A stretch of DNA of 64,000 bases, taken from the NCBI RefSeq assembly GCF_009914755.1, contig NC_060934.1; one strand, given 5' to 3'. This stretch comes from the human T2T-CHM13v2.0 reference genome, Homo sapiens. Of the stretch, positions 44,530 through 59,143 are shown piece after piece. Under the pieces are notes generated by a model that did no database searches, was not told where the DNA came from, and was given only the letters and a program-made list of their open reading frames with translations. The translations under genes were made by a program, and so were the position numbers. Within the stretch, counting starts at the first letter, position 1, and each line of letters begins with the position of its first letter.

Positions 44530-46960
44530 AGTGTTTGGGGCCAGCGCGGCGTTTGCAGTGGCTGCTCCAGCCTCGAGGCCGCAGGTCACCGCGCGGGCCC
44601 CGTGCCTACTGGCCCGGCAGTCCTGCGGGTCAGCTCAGGGGAGTGCTCTGGAGAGCCCTGAGCCCACCTCCTGCGCCCCGCCCAACCTCGGGTCCCCAGG
44701 CCCAGCCTCTGACACGCCGCTCCCAGCGCGGCCACGCCACAGCTCCGGGCTGCGCTCCCCCAGGCAAAGGCGCCGCCGGCGCGTCCAGCGCGGCCTCCTC
44801 CTCCAGGCGGCGCTTGTGAGTCAATGGAAAAGTCCTTGGCGAACTGAGCAGCCGCCTAGTATATCTCTGAAGCCTCCTGCGGAGACTTCACGGCTTGTCC
44901 CAGGAGCTTCTACAACAGCCTGGCATTGAGAGTAGAGTTGTAATATTTTCCGCCAGTTTTTCCCAGCCCGGCCCCGAAGCGTCTGATCTTAAAGTCCACG
45001 TATCAGACTCCGGGGGGCGTCCCTGCAAGAGCGCCAGGTCCCCGACACCCACCAGGGAATGAATCTGCGCCCAGGTCCCCGACACCCGCCAGGGAATGAA
45101 TCTCCGTCCCAGGAGAAGGGCGTGGCGAGGGGAGAAGCAACAACCACAGGACCCGTGACAGTGGCCAAGCCTTAGAGGCCCCGCATGCCTGCCAGGCTCC
45201 CGAGCCCACGCAGTCCAGGTTTCCCCATCCGGGCGGGAACCAGCTGTTTCCCCTGCACGGGCGAGGGCGCTGGGGTCACCTCCGCCGACGCCAGGCGTGA
45301 GCTCCAGAACCCGCTCCCAACCGCCCGGTCCCGTGAGCGCGGGGAGCCTGGCTCTCGCCTGACAATAAAGAAATCATCACGGACAGAAGGAAAGAGGAGC
45401 GAGGCTGGGAAGGGAGCGGCTTTAATCCGGGGTCCGCCCCCTTCAATTCTCCAGCGCAGCGGCCCCGAAAGTGGGGTGGGGACGGGGATTGAGGCTGAGC
45501 TCGCTTCTTCCTTGTTTTCCGGGTCTCGCGCCTCTGAAGCGAACTGGGCCTGGAGGGGTGCTGGGGATCGAGGGAGCGGCGTTGGTGGGTGACCGAGGGA
45601 AAGGTGGGGCCAGCCCCTGGGCACCGGTCGGAGGAGGATTACGAGGCGGAGCCGCTGCCTGCCCGCGCCTCACCCGCTTGGTCCACCCAATAGCTCCGCT
45701 GTAGACTCGCGGCGGCAGGAGCGGCGGGCCAGATGGTGATTACAACCCGGGGCGCTATCCCTTTGGAACCTGACCCCCAACTCCGCTCAGTAACCGGATT
45801 TCCGGAAGCCGCGACCTCGAAGCCCCCAGCGTTTCTCCACCGACGGCGGGGCCGGGGCTCCTGGAAGCCTCGGAGCCGCAGCTCCAGCCTGCAGCGCACG
45901 CCTTGGCCCCCAGGGAGCAGAGAGGCAGAGTACCCCCCTGCATCCGGAGCATAGCAAGCATGCCCCAGGCTGAGGACCTGCGACTTGGTGGGACTTCGGT
46001 GCCCGCCCCTCCGCCACTACAGGGAGCAGAGGCGGCTCTGGAAGTCGGTTTAGTGCGGAGACCGCGACCGGAGGAGCGCAGAACGCTCCTCCCAGCGTCC
46101 TGGGCTCCGCAGGCACAATTTTTAAACCAGAGGCGAAATCCGAGTCCCGCCGCCCTCCGGGGAGGGAGCGTGGCCGCCTAGCCGAGCCCCTTCTCTGGCT
46201 CCGCCCGCTTTTGCGCCGCGAGGCCGCCTGGTGAGTTCCAGGGCCCTGTGGTCCCCCAGCCGCCGGCGCTCTCGGGTGTCTTTTGGCCGCGGCAGGAACG
46301 GAGCTGGGCGCTCAGACGGCGCCGGGGTCGTTTCTGTGCCCCCGCCCGGTGGCCGGAGCCGCAGCCTTGCCCCTTCCCCACTGGGGCAGCGCCTGCCTTT
46401 CTCGCGGCCGGACCGCGCCGGAGTCCCAGGCCCCAGGCAGCCCGGGCCGCAGCTGTCATGGAGAAGCCCGGCGCGTACTTGGGGTGCCCGGCAGGAGCCC
46501 CGGCCGCCTCGCGCCCTTCTTCTCACCCACGACTGTGGCCGGCGGCGGCCTCTGCTTCCCGGACAAAGCTGGAGATGCTGCTGCGGAGTCGGCCCTGGGA
46601 CCTGCTTCTTCTCTTGGCTCCGGGGCCCGCAGCCGTCGGGGCCCGGAAGGGCTCCCCGGGGCGTTCCCTCAGGAGCGGTGGCCAGGGCTGATGGGGCGTG
46701 TACGACGCGGGACCCCGAGCCCGGCAGCAGCCAAGTATGGCAAGGACCAGCGCGAGCATCTCCCCACTGCGGCCGGGGACGGCGTGGGGTGGGAGCCGAC
46801 CCGGGACATCCAGGTGGGATCGGCCACCGCTCAGGCGCTGTCCCAGGCGAACGCCGCCAGGGGCAGGCTCAGCACCGCCCAGGCCGCCGGCTCGGTGAGC
46901 GCAGAGAGGGGCCCCCGGTTTATGCCAAACGCGTGTCTTCTCCAACCTCCTCCTTAAGCC
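44530..46960. promoter_or_regulatory. CpG island, probable promoter
   Basis: Very GC- and CpG-dense. GC boxes (ccgccc at 45434 and 46002), paired ETS-like motif aaccggatttccggaagc at about 45792-45809, CCAAT at about 45687, AP-1 tgagtca at 44817, and splice donors pointing away on both strands. Confidence 0.85.
45034..45113. repeat. 37-bp tandem repeat, about 2 copies
   Basis: ccaggtccccgacacc(c)(a/g)ccagggaatgaatct(g/c)cg repeated. Confidence 0.85.
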
Positions 46961-49900
46961 CCTGTCTCATAGGCTGGTTCCTGTCTCTCTCCAGTAGTTC
47001 CTGGGTGCCTGGGAGCAGAGACGGCCCATTCTCCCCAAGCTCAGCTGCAGGCTTCAGTGACCTGGGCAAAGTGCGGTTAACCCTGACCACCTTTTGGGGA
47101 GGAAGGCCGGTTGCTCCCCTAGCCTCCACTGTGGCACTAGGAGGCAAGGGTAGCCAAGCTGATCGCCGGTTTCATCTGTACCCACCCCCACCCCCACAGG
47201 TGTTGAGATGGGCAGTGACAGGTGGGTTGGCAGCCGGACTGGAGTGGCATGGCTAACTGCCCTGGGCACCATATTCCCTGCCTGTCACCACTCCTGGCTG
47301 CCCAAGTAGCAAAGCAAAGTTACAATGACAAGATCCAGAGAGGGGAGGCTCCAGCTGGAGATGGCGCTGCTGTCACAGGCCACCTGAGCAACAATGTGAC
47401 AGCTTCTCATGGGGGCGGGATCTGTCCCCAGTCCCTACCCCGCCCTGGCTTGATCCTTGTCGGTGTCTATTTCTTTGCCTTGCTCTTATCTCAGCCTGGC
47501 TTCCCTTCCAGGATGTCAGCTCTGAGTGTCTCTTGGTCCACGCTTGTCTCCATCTCTCCTTTCTCTTCCCCACTCCCTAAACTCAGGACCCAGTCACTCC
47601 TGCTCCTTACACACATACACACCCACACTAACATACATGCACTCTCACATTCACTCTCGTTCCCCCCCCACACACACACTCCCACCCTACCTTAGACAGG
47701 AAACAAGTTTCCCTCCCAGAACCCTTATAAAGACCTGTGGGGAATGACCGGGATCTGGGCCCCCCGTAGGTCTGTGAGTGAGCCTGTGTGTGTGCAAAGG
47801 TGTGAGCCTGTGAGCATCCATGTGGCTGTGGAATTTAGAAAGCATGTGTGTACACACGTGAGTGTGACAGTGAATTGTTGAGAGTTGAAACTGTACATTT
47901 GGGGTCAGTGTGGTCTTGGTCATGTGGGCACACAGGTGAGCTCCGGCTAGGGTGGAGGGATGTGAGTGACTCGGAGTGTGGAAGCTGAGCCCAGGGCAGA
48001 TGGACAAATACATCCTTTGAGCTCCTATGGAGGCTGCCACCCCATACCTTGCTCACCTACTCCCTCTTTGTCATCCTGGGTTCCGTCAAATCAGGATGGG
48101 GTGCAGGAAGGGGGAGTGAAGCTGCTGACCTCTGGGAAGGGGCCTGCACGCTCCTTGGGCCTGTCAGCCACTGATCTGTTCCATGTTCCTATAAATACTT
48201 AAAAATCCTAGCTGCTGAGGAGGAAGACATCCTCCACCAGCCAGCTGGGGGTCCTGGCCTGGAAGCTGGTGGGGAGGGAGCTAGGGAGCAAGACACATGG
48301 GGGAGGGGAGGGGGGATCGCATCAGCGAGGCTGGCATCAGGGACTCCTGAGTTCCGCTCCTAGTTTTGCCAAAGGTTAGCCTGGGTGCCCCAGTATGTCT
48401 TCATCAGGAACTGCAGAGCCAGAAATACCATCTATGCCTCTGTCCCAGGAAGCAGCCCTACCTCTGCCTGAAGAGAGAGACTCCCCCGTCAACAGCCAGC
48501 TTTCTGCCTTCTAGTCACGTCTCTCAAGTAGGGGTAAAGAGAGGGGTATTCTTGCTTTTTTTGTAGTGGGGAGCGTCTCACTGTATTGCCCAGGCTGTTC
48601 TCTAACTCCTAGCCTCAAGTGATCCTCCTGCCTGTAGCTCCCAAAGCACAACAATTACAGGTGTGAGCTGCCACACCCAGCAGCTTCTTACTCTTTAAAC
48701 GCCAGACAAAATTCTTCTGGAGTTCCTGGAGGGGATTGTCTCTTTGAACTGAAAATCTTTCCCAGGACACCTTTATCAATCCATCAGGCTCTTTCTGGAT
48801 TGGAGACAGAAGAAACTGCAGTTCAATGACCCCCTTTGCAAGAGCCCCCTCTGCAGCCGTTGAGGGGAGCGAAAGCATTTTCATCTGGCCTCACCCCCAT
48901 CTGCAGCCAGCTCTTTCACTTCTGGAGCTGGGCTTGTTGTGATAACCTGGAAGAGGGGGAATTAGTTGGGATGACTCACTTGCTGGAGCCCATCAACACT
49001 AGACCAGGCTTGTGGCCAGATGCCTGGTTAACCAGCCCAGGAGAGCTTCCTTTCTCAGGAAGAGAATGATTATTGATCCTCTATACCCATTGCCCAGGAC
49101 AGTGTCAGGCACACTATAGGCCCTTGGGCATTTGTGTGGCATCATCAGCATTACGCCTGTATCACCAAGTCAAGCTTTCCCAATAGCAGTTGGTGGCAAA
49201 CTCCAACTCCTAGTGTCAGAAGGCATCACAAAGCCCAGATGTCCTGGGCCTCCCAGCTCAGGCAAGCCTAGCGTGGACACAGAAACCCTTGACACTGAGC
49301 CAATATCTCTTCCCCCTGTATGGCTTGAATTTCAGATATATTGATGTTGAGCCCTTCTGGCCGGCAGTGGGACTCCCCTTGGCCTTACATAGGTAATGCC
49401 TATATCCTGGCCTGGGCTTTTCCAAGAAGCCAGACTCTGGGAAGGACCTGGAGTGGAGGAAAAAACAGGCAGAGGGAACCCCATGAGGGGTTCTGGCTGT
49501 GGAAACTTGCCCCTAATGGGGCATCAAAGCCAGGCACGCAGGGGCTCCTGCTCTGCCAGAGGTTTGAAGTCAGGACTACAGCTTCCCATCTTACTCTTGG
49601 GATACAAATCAGCTGTTTTCAGATGAGAGAGTCTGAGGTTCCAATTTTATAAGATGAGAAGGGCTGAGGTGATGCCCATTGTGCCACTTGGCTGAGTCCA
49701 GAGCTGTGATGAAGAGGGAAAAGTCACAGGGCAGGACAAAGAAGGGGACTCAGGGACCCGGGAGTTTTCCTTGGCAGAAGTCAACTTGCCCCACCCCTGA
49801 GAAAACTCTGACCTTCTCAGCTGCCAGGGAGGAAAGCAGGGACTGGGGAGAAGGGGACAGGGAGAGGGAACAGTCTGGTGCTCTGCGCCCTGGGAGAGAA

Positions 49901-50482
49901 GTCTGATGACAGCAGTGACTCAGGAAGGGTTAAGAATATTCCTAAAATAGCCAAGCCACAGCTTAAGCCAGTCCATGAATGCCTCTTCCAGAGAGCAGAT
50001 CTGTAGCAGGAAAAGTCAGCCTGATCTTTGCCCCACTGCCTGCTGCCTGGCCCTGGCTGCTAATTAAGCCTCCCACCCTGTCCCCTTCACCAACTCCTGT
50101 CCTAATGGCGATGGGGTAGGAGTAGTCAGAGGAGCCAAATCTCCCAGATCAACAGAGAACTCCAGCTGGGACCAGGAGCACTGGGCCCAATGCCTCCCCT
50201 CCCCCATCCACACTCCTGAGTCAGGTAGAGGACATAGGGGGACAGACAGGCAAAGTGCAGGCCTTCTGCATGGGATGGAGGCTGCCAGGAGAGAGCAACC
50301 AAATTCTCCCACCCACACATATGCATCGCCAGCCATGATCAGGTGGGACCTCCAAGATCATCATCAACTACTACCTTCTCCTAGCTCTTTGTTCCCTTTT
50401 ACTTAGGGCATCTTGGAGTGAGATGCACAGGGAAGGGTCGAGGGAGCCCCTTCATGAACAAACCATATCTTTGTTTCAGGGG

Positions 50483-50657
50483 CAGGACTGGGTACATAAT
50501 TTGCAGGACCCGGTGTGAACTGAAAATGGAGTCATTTGTTCAAAAAATGTTAAGAATTTGAAGGCAGTGACAACATAGCATTAAACCAAGTTCAGGTCCC
50601 CTCTGAATGTGGGGCTTTTGCCATTGCACAGGTGGCACCTCTATGAAGCCAGCCTTG
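50483..50657 (-). mobile_element. MER91-like hAT MITE
   Basis: caggactgggtacataatttgcagg...ttgcacaggtggcacctctatgaagccagccttg. Confidence 0.6.
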
Positions 50658-50718
50658 TTTAGGGGTTTCGTTTAATGAACATTTACTAAGTGCCCACTGC
50701 TCAGCTCTTCTGGCTCTG

Positions 50719-51085
50719 TAATATGGTCTGGCTCTGTGTCTGCACCCAAATGTCATTTTGAATTGTAATCCCCTCGTTTTGGGGGAGAGACCTCATGGGA
50801 GGTGATTACATCATGGGAGTGGTTCCCACGTGCTCGTCTCGTGAAAGTGAATGAGTTCTCACGAGATCTGATGGTTTTATAAGTGACCTTTCCCCTCTTC
50901 GTTTTGCACTTCTCTCTCCTGCTGCCACATGAAGAAGGACATGTTTGCTTCCCCTTCCACCGTGATTGTAAATTTCCTGAGGCCTCCCCAGCCATGTGGA
51001 ACTGTGACTCAATTAAACTTCTTTCCTTTATAAATCACCCAGTCTTGGGTGTTTCTTCACGGCAGTGTGAAAGTGAACTAATACA
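50719..51085 (+). mobile_element. THE1-type MaLR solo LTR
   Basis: taatatggtctggctctgtgtc...gtgaactaataca; 5-bp TSD ctctg. Confidence 0.88.
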
Positions 51086-51089
51086 CTCT

Positions 51090-51360
51090 GTGACCTCAGA
51101 GACTCCCTCTCAGTGACCCTGTTCTCAAATGAATGAAGATGGGTGCTCAAAGATCTCTCTCTAAACATGGAACGGGGGCTATCTGAAGACACAGGTGATT
51201 AATTTCTAATCATAACTAAGGTCTGAGTCTTGAAGACCTTCCTCTGGAGCCTCATTAAATTTAGTTAATCTAGATGGGTCCAGGTGCTGCAGGTAATTAC
51301 CCTTGTCTTGTCTCTTGCAAAATCATGGAGGTTTGGAGAGTTCTTTTAGACCCCCTCTCA
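51090..51360 (+). mobile_element. ERV1-class LTR fragment (MER34/MER39-like)
   Basis: ggtctgagtcttgaagaccttcctctggagcctc...aatctagatgggtccaggtgctg...catggaggtttggagagttc; family recalled from memory. Confidence 0.45.
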
Positions 51361-53294
51361 CATGGAGGTTTGTTTTCTTCTTTTTTCTTTCCTGCAAGGA
51401 CAAAGTGAATTCTGTGATGGTTTGTGTAGCGTTTTTTAGTTTATTGCCAAAAATTGAGGCTCAAGTTAGTAGACTACATTTTTAAATGAAACTTTCTAGA
51501 CAAAGAAATGCAGCTGAAACTGTTCCTTTGATACCAGTTTCCAAATCTGCACAGAGTTGATAGCAATTTTTTCTCTTTATCTTTCCCTGAATTGTATATA
51601 TTCATATAAATGCTCTTAAATTATTAGTGCAACAGGGTGGATTGTCATTACAGAGAACGTCCTTAGTATAGAACATAAATCTTCCCACTGCCAACTGGGC
51701 TCTGGTCACAAAGCACCCAGAGCTGGCCTTTAACTTCCACTTCTTGATTCTTTTCCTTACCTTTTCTATTTCTAGAATGGCTTTGTCATTTCACTTGTCT
51801 GTCTGGTAATATCCTCCTCCTGTAAGAATCAACGAGTTCTTGATACATATTGGTCTAAATTTGCCTCCTGTTTGAACCTTTTTCCAGTTTTCCAGGCAAG
51901 GTTGATTTATCTGTCTTCTGTGTCTCCATAACAATCTTTCCAAGCATAATACAGTAAAAAGAGAGCTGATTCATCATGTCCTCTCCGTTTCCCTCTGGAG
52001 ACTTGGGAGCTGATGTGAGGGTACAGGTATGTCCCTGTATAAGCTCTTTGGTCGCCTTTGTCAGTTTAGCACAGTTCTCGGTATATAATTGTTCTCAGGT
52101 GCCATTAAACTGGACCTGAATAACTGAAGGATCGAAAGTGTTCAGGAATCACCCAGGATGCTTCAATAATTCATCCTAATTAGGGATATGGGGAAACTGC
52201 ATGAGAAAGAAGTTTTTTTTTTTTGAACTTTGAGGATAAATTAAAATTCAGTAGGCAGAATGATAATATATGTTGATAATTTTTATTTTAAAATGTTCAT
52301 TTTTACCATTTTGATATAATAGTTTATTTTTTAAGAAAAAGGCAGAAACCCCTGCTTATTAGAAGGCAGATTTTATTGATTTTTTACCCCTAGACTTGTT
52401 GCATATCAAACCTATATAAAAATATCTATAAATCAAATCATTAATTGTGCCTCGTATAATAATTCTATATATGGATGTAATGTTTGATTCTTCAGGAGCT
52501 TTAATAACTTGAAGGCGCTTTGATTGCTTTAAAATTATTTCTCATTGTATTTGTTTATATTGTATCGTTAAGCAAAAGTACAGAGTAAGCAATTAGTGTG
52601 ATTAATTCCTCTTCTATAATACAGTAAAGCACTGCCTCCCTAGACCAATTCTCTGGGATCCCTGGAAGACATCTGGCATCCAGCAAGTCTTTACCCCTCT
52701 TTAGAAAGCCGTGGAGAAACTGGGGGCAATTCTGTTACTTATTTGCCCTCTAGAGGCAATTCCATTAATTACCCTCCCTCACCTATCCATGGCACTATTT
52801 CTTCAGTTACATGTAGAATGCTGTTATGTGTCTCCTGGCCAGACCCTTTATTTCACAGATGTGGAAATTGAGGCCATGAAGGATGAGGTAATTGTTCAGA
52901 GTCCACATGACTAGTTACTGCCCAGAGCCTGGCCTGGACTTCTCTCTTGTTCTGAGGCCTTGAGTTCTCTCCCTCTTCTTTAGTGCATATGACCAGAGGT
53001 AACATAATCTGCGTACCAGATGGTTATTTTCCATCTTTTTTTGTTTGCATTATAATAGCCATTTTAATGGGTATGAAGCTGTACCTCACTGTGGTCTTGC
53101 TTTCCATTTCCCGTATGACTTGTGATATTGTCTGCACATATTTTAATGTTTATACACTAACAGAGCTGATTACTAGGGGTGTGTGCGTAAGGGGAACTGT
53201 GTGGCTGCTGAGTGGCTTCCCTGTGGGATGATCAGCCAGAACCCGCTATTGTATTAGGGGAATCCCCAGATGTCACCGTCTATGGGTCTTTTTC

Positions 53295-55178
53295 AGTTTT
53301 TATGGGTACATAGTAGGCATATATATTTATGGGGTACATGAGATATTTTGATACAAACATACAATGCATAATAATGACATCAGGGTAAATGGGATATCCA
53401 TCATCTCAAACATTTATCATTTCTTTGTATTATAAACAATTCAGTTATACGCAGTTATTTTAAAATGTACAAAAAAACTATTGTAGTTACCCTGTTGTGC
53501 TATCAAATAATAGATCTTATTCATTGTAACTGTATTTTGTACCTATTAACTATCCCCACTTCCCCCCACCGACTGCACTTCCCAGCCTCAAGTAACAACC
53601 ATTCTACTGTATCTTCATGAGTTTAATTGTTTTAATGTTTAGCTCCCCAAAATGAGTGTGAATGTGCAAAGCTTTTCTTTCTGTGGCTGGCTTATTTCAC
53701 TTAAAATAATGTCGTCCGGCACCAGTCCATGTTGTCACTAATGACAAAATCTCATTCTTTGTTATGGCTGAATAGTACTCCATTGTATATATGCACATTT
53801 TCTTTATCCATTCATCTGTTGGTGGACACTTAGGTTGCTTCCACATCTTGGATATTGTGAATAGTAATGCAATAAACATAGGAGTGCAGCTATCTCTTCG
53901 ATATATTTATTTTCTTTTTTGTGTATATATCTAGCAATGAGATGGTTGGATCATATGGTAGCTCTATTTTTAGTTTTTTGAGGAACCTCCAAATTGTTCT
54001 CCATAGTGGTTGCACTAATTTACATTCCCACCAACAGTATGCAAGGGTTCACATTTTTCCATATCCTCACCAGCATTTGTTATTGCCTGTCTTTTGAATA
54101 AAACCCATTTTAACTGGGGTGAGATGATATATCCTCATAGCTCTGATTTGCATTTCTCTGATAATCAGTGATGTTGGTCACCTTTTCCTAAGTCTATTAG
54201 CTTTTTGTATTTCTTCTCTGAGAAATGTCTATTAAGACCTTTTGCCCATTTTAAAATCAGATTATTAGATTTTTCTCTATACAGTTGTTTTAGCTTTTTA
54301 TATATTGTGGTTATTAATCCCTTGTCAAATGGACAGTTTGCAAATATGTTTCCCCATTTTGTGGATTTTCTCTTTGTTGATTGTCTCTTTTGCTGTGCAG
54401 AAGCTTTTTAACTTAATGAGATCCCATTTGTCCTCTTTTGCTTTGGTTGCCTGTGCTTGTGGAGTATTGCTTAAGAAATCTTTCCCCAGTCTAATGTCCT
54501 GGAGAATTTCCCCAGTGTTTTCTTGTAGTAGTTCAACCTACCAAGATTGAACCATGAAGAAATTCAAAACCTGAACCAACCAATAACAAATAATGAGATC
54601 AAAGCCTTAATAAAAAGTATTAACAAAGAAAATCCTGGAAGCAATAGCTTCACTGCTGTATTTTACCAAATATTTACAGAAGAACTAATACCAATCCTAT
54701 TCAAACTATTCCAAAAAATAGAGGAGGGAGAAATATTTCAATGCCTGATACTTAAATCAAAGACACATTAAAAAAGAAAACTACAGGCCAATATCCCTAA
54801 GGAAAATTGATGCAAAAATCCTCAAGAAAATTTACAGGCAAAACAAAGTCCACAACATATTGAAAATTATTCATAATGACCAAGTGGAATTTATGCCAAG
54901 AATGGAAGGATGGTTCAACATAACACAAATCAATGTGATCATCATATCAACAAATGAAGGACAAAATTCATAATAATGTGAATTGATGCTGTAAAGCATT
55001 TGATAAAATTCAACATTTTATTGTAAAAACCCTTAAAAAAACAGGGTATAGAAGAAACATACCTCAACACAATAAAAGCCATGTAAGACACACCCACAAG
55101 TAGTTTCTTACTGAATGGGAAAAAAACTGAAAGCCTTTACTCTAAGATCTGGAACAAGAGATGCCCACTTTCACCACT
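53295..55178 (-). mobile_element. L1MA element: antisense 3' part (53295-54534) joined to an inverted ORF2 segment (54535-55178)
   Basis: Minus-strand ORF2 C-terminal peptide MFIALLFTISKMWKQPKCP; plus-strand NHEEIQNLNQPITNNEIK...ELIPILFKLFQKIEE; abrupt strand switch at about 54535. Confidence 0.82.
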
Positions 55179-55404
55179 CTGCCTCCTGAGTTCAAGTGAT
55201 TCTCCTGCCTCAGCCCCTCCCAAGTAGCTGGGACTACAGGCACATGCCACCACACCTGACTAATTTGTGTGTGTGTGTGTATTTTTAGTAGAGATCGGGT
55301 TTTACCGTGTTAGCCAGAATGGTCTCAATCTCCTGACCTTGTGATCCGCCTGCCTCAGCCTCCCAGAGTGCTGGGATTACAGGCATAAGCCACTGCGCCT
55401 GGCC

Positions 55405-55890
55405 CTTCCTGTCTTCTTCTAAGCTCTCCAAACTGTTCCAACCTCTGCCCATTACCCACTTCCAAAGCTGCTTCCACATTTTCAGGTATCTTTATAGTAA
55501 TGCTCTACTTCCCAGTACCAATTTTCTGTATTAGTCTGTTCTTGCACCGCTATAAAGAACTACCTGAGACTGGGTAATTTATAAAGAAAAGAGGTTTAAT
55601 TGGCTCACAATTCTTCAGGCTGCACAAGAAGCATGGCTGAGGAAGCCTCAGGAAACTTACAATCATGGCAGAAGGTGAAGAGGGAGGTGGCACGTCTTAC
55701 ATGGCTGGAGCAGGAGGAAGAGAGAGCAAAAGGGGGGAGGTGCTACATACTTTTAAACAATCAGATCTGGTGAGAACTCACTATCACAAGAATGGCAAGG
55801 GAGAAATACTCCACCATGATCCTATCACCTCCCCCAAGACCCTCCTCCTACACTGGGGATTACAATTAAACATGAGATTTGAGTGGGGAC
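55405..55890 (-). mobile_element. MST-type MaLR LTR (55527-55890) with start of internal sequence
   Basis: tgtattagtctgttcttgcaccgctataaagaactacctgagactggg... preceded by ...cagtaccaattttc internal-domain boundary. Confidence 0.8.
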
Positions 55891-56972
55891 ACAAATCTAC
55901 ACCATTTTCATAAGGTTAATATTAAAAATTATTTGCTTTCCTATATGCTAGCAATGAAAAAAATTGGAATTTGAAATTTCAAATGCAATGCTATTTACAT
56001 GAGTACCCCCAAAATGAAATATGTAGGCATAAAGTAAACAAAATATGTACAAGATCTATATGAGGAAAACTTCAAAACTTTGATGAAAGAAATCAAAGAA
56101 AACCTAAATAAATCGATAGATATTTCATGTGCAAGGATAGCAAGACTCAGTATTGTTAAGACGTTAATACTCCCCTTCTTGATCTATAGATTCAACACAA
56201 TTCCAATCAAAATTCTAGCAGGTTATTTTGTGGATATCAACACATTTATTCTAAAGCTTACATGAAGAGGCAAAAGACTCAGAGTAGTCAAAATGCTGAA
56301 GAATGACAACTCAGAGGACTGACACTACCCAACTTTAAGACTTACTATCCAGCTAAATAATTGAGATAACATGGCATTAGTGAAAGAACAGGCAGATTGA
56401 TCAGTGGTTCCAAAGAGTGAGCCCAGAAATTGACCTAGGCAAATATAGTCAGCTGAGCTTTGACAAAGAAGCAAAGGCAATTAAATGAAGGAATATAGTC
56501 TCTTCAACAAGTGGTGCTTAAAAACTGAACATCCATGTACAAAAAAAAAAAGAATCTAAGCTCAGACTTTACACCCTTCTCAAAAATTAAAACTCAAAAT
56601 GGATCAAAGATCTAAATGTAGAATGCAGAATCACAAAGGACAGAAAACCAAACACCGCATGTTCTCACTCATAGGTGGGAATTGAACAATGAGAACGCTT
56701 GGACACCAGGGACGGGGAACATCACACACCGGGGCCTGTCATGGGGTGGGGGGATGGGGGAGAGATAGCATTAGCAGAGATGCCTAATGTAAATGACGAG
56801 TTAATGGGTGCAGCAAACCAACATGGCACATGTATACATATGTAACAAACCTGCACATTGTGCACATGTACCCTAGAACTTAAAGTATAATAATAATTTA
56901 AAAAAATCTAGAAGATCAAAGGAGAAAATCCAGGTGGCCTTGGGTTTGGTGATGTGTTTTCAGATACAGCTA

Positions 56973-57913
<941 letters not shown>

Positions 57914-58519
57914 CTACTTGGGCTGAACTAGGACGGTCGCTTGAGCCTGGGAGTTTGAGGCTGCAAGGGAGCCTTGATTGCACCACTGGGTGACAGAATG
58001 AGAACTGGTCTCAAAAAAAAAAAAAAGAAAAAAAGAGAAATGAGCTATCAAACAATGAAAAGACATAGAGGATATCCAAATGCATATTGCTAGGGGAAAG
58101 AAGCCAGTCTGAAAAGGTTATATATAGTACAGATCCAACTATATAACATTCTGGAAAAGGCAAAACTATAGAGATGGTAGAAAGATCAGGGGTTGCCAGA
58201 AATTTTGGGGGAGGGGGATAGATGAGTGAAGTACAGGGGATTTTTAGGGTGGCAAGATTATTCTATATGAAATTGTAAAGGCGGATACCTTTATGCATTT
58301 GTCAAAACTCAGAGAATTGTACAACAGAGTGAACCTTAATGTGAAGTATAGACGATAGTTATTTATAATGTGTCAATAATGGTTCATTCATTTTAACATA
58401 TGTACCACCACAATCCAAGACGTTAACAATAGAGGAAACAGGCAGGGAAGTGGGGTGAGCAGATGGAATTCTGTACCACATGCTGGACTGGTCTGTAAAT
58501 CTAAAACTGGACTAAAATA

Positions 58520-59140
58520 TGAAGCATTTGACTGCTTAAAATACTCAGCTGATGAGCTCAACAATAGAATGGAGGTAACAAGAAAAGAATTGGTAAACTC
58601 GAAGATAGAGCAATATGAACAATGGAGAGAAAACAGGGTGTAAAAACGAACTTCAGGACCTGTGGGATCCACATGGAATACCTGACATTCCTGCCATTGC
58701 AGTCACAGAAGGAGAGTACAAAGAGGTGGTCCTCGAAACATATTTGAAGAAATCATGACCAAAAACTTACCAACTCTGGCAAAAGACAAAGCTATAGACT
58801 TAAGAAGCTTAGCTTAGTGACCACCAAACAGGATGAACACAAAGACATTCCAAGGGACATCATAGTTGAACTTCTGTAAACTTAAAGGCAAATAAAAAGT
58901 CTTGAAAGCTGTGAGAAAGAAATGACACCTCATCTATAAAGGGAAAACATCACAAGTGACAATAGATTTCTCATATGGAACTCTGAAGGCCAGAAGGAAG
59001 TGGCACATTTTTCCCCTTATTGAAAGAAAAAAAACCCCATCAAACAAAAATGCCCTGCAAGAATGGACAAATGGGCATTCTCAGATGAAGGAAAACTAAG
59101 AGAATTTGTCGCTAACAAACGCTCTCTTAAGAGTGGCTAA
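58520..59140 (+). mobile_element. Old L1 ORF1 remnant
   Basis: gatgagctcaacaatagaatggag...gaagaaatcatgaccaaaaacttacc...gatttctcatatggaactctgaaggccagaaggaagtggcac. Confidence 0.7.
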
Positions 59141-59143
59141 GCA

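Noticed and set aside
45034-45113. 37-bp repeats resembling a CRISPR repeat length
   Set aside because: Head-to-tail with no spacers, only about 2 copies, in primate DNA; an ordinary minisatellite.
46231-47256. 341-aa and other long overlapping ORFs in the CpG island
   Set aside because: Pro/Arg/Gly/Ala-rich, open in several frames on both strands, with no recognisable domain; expected from stop-codon scarcity in GC-rich DNA.
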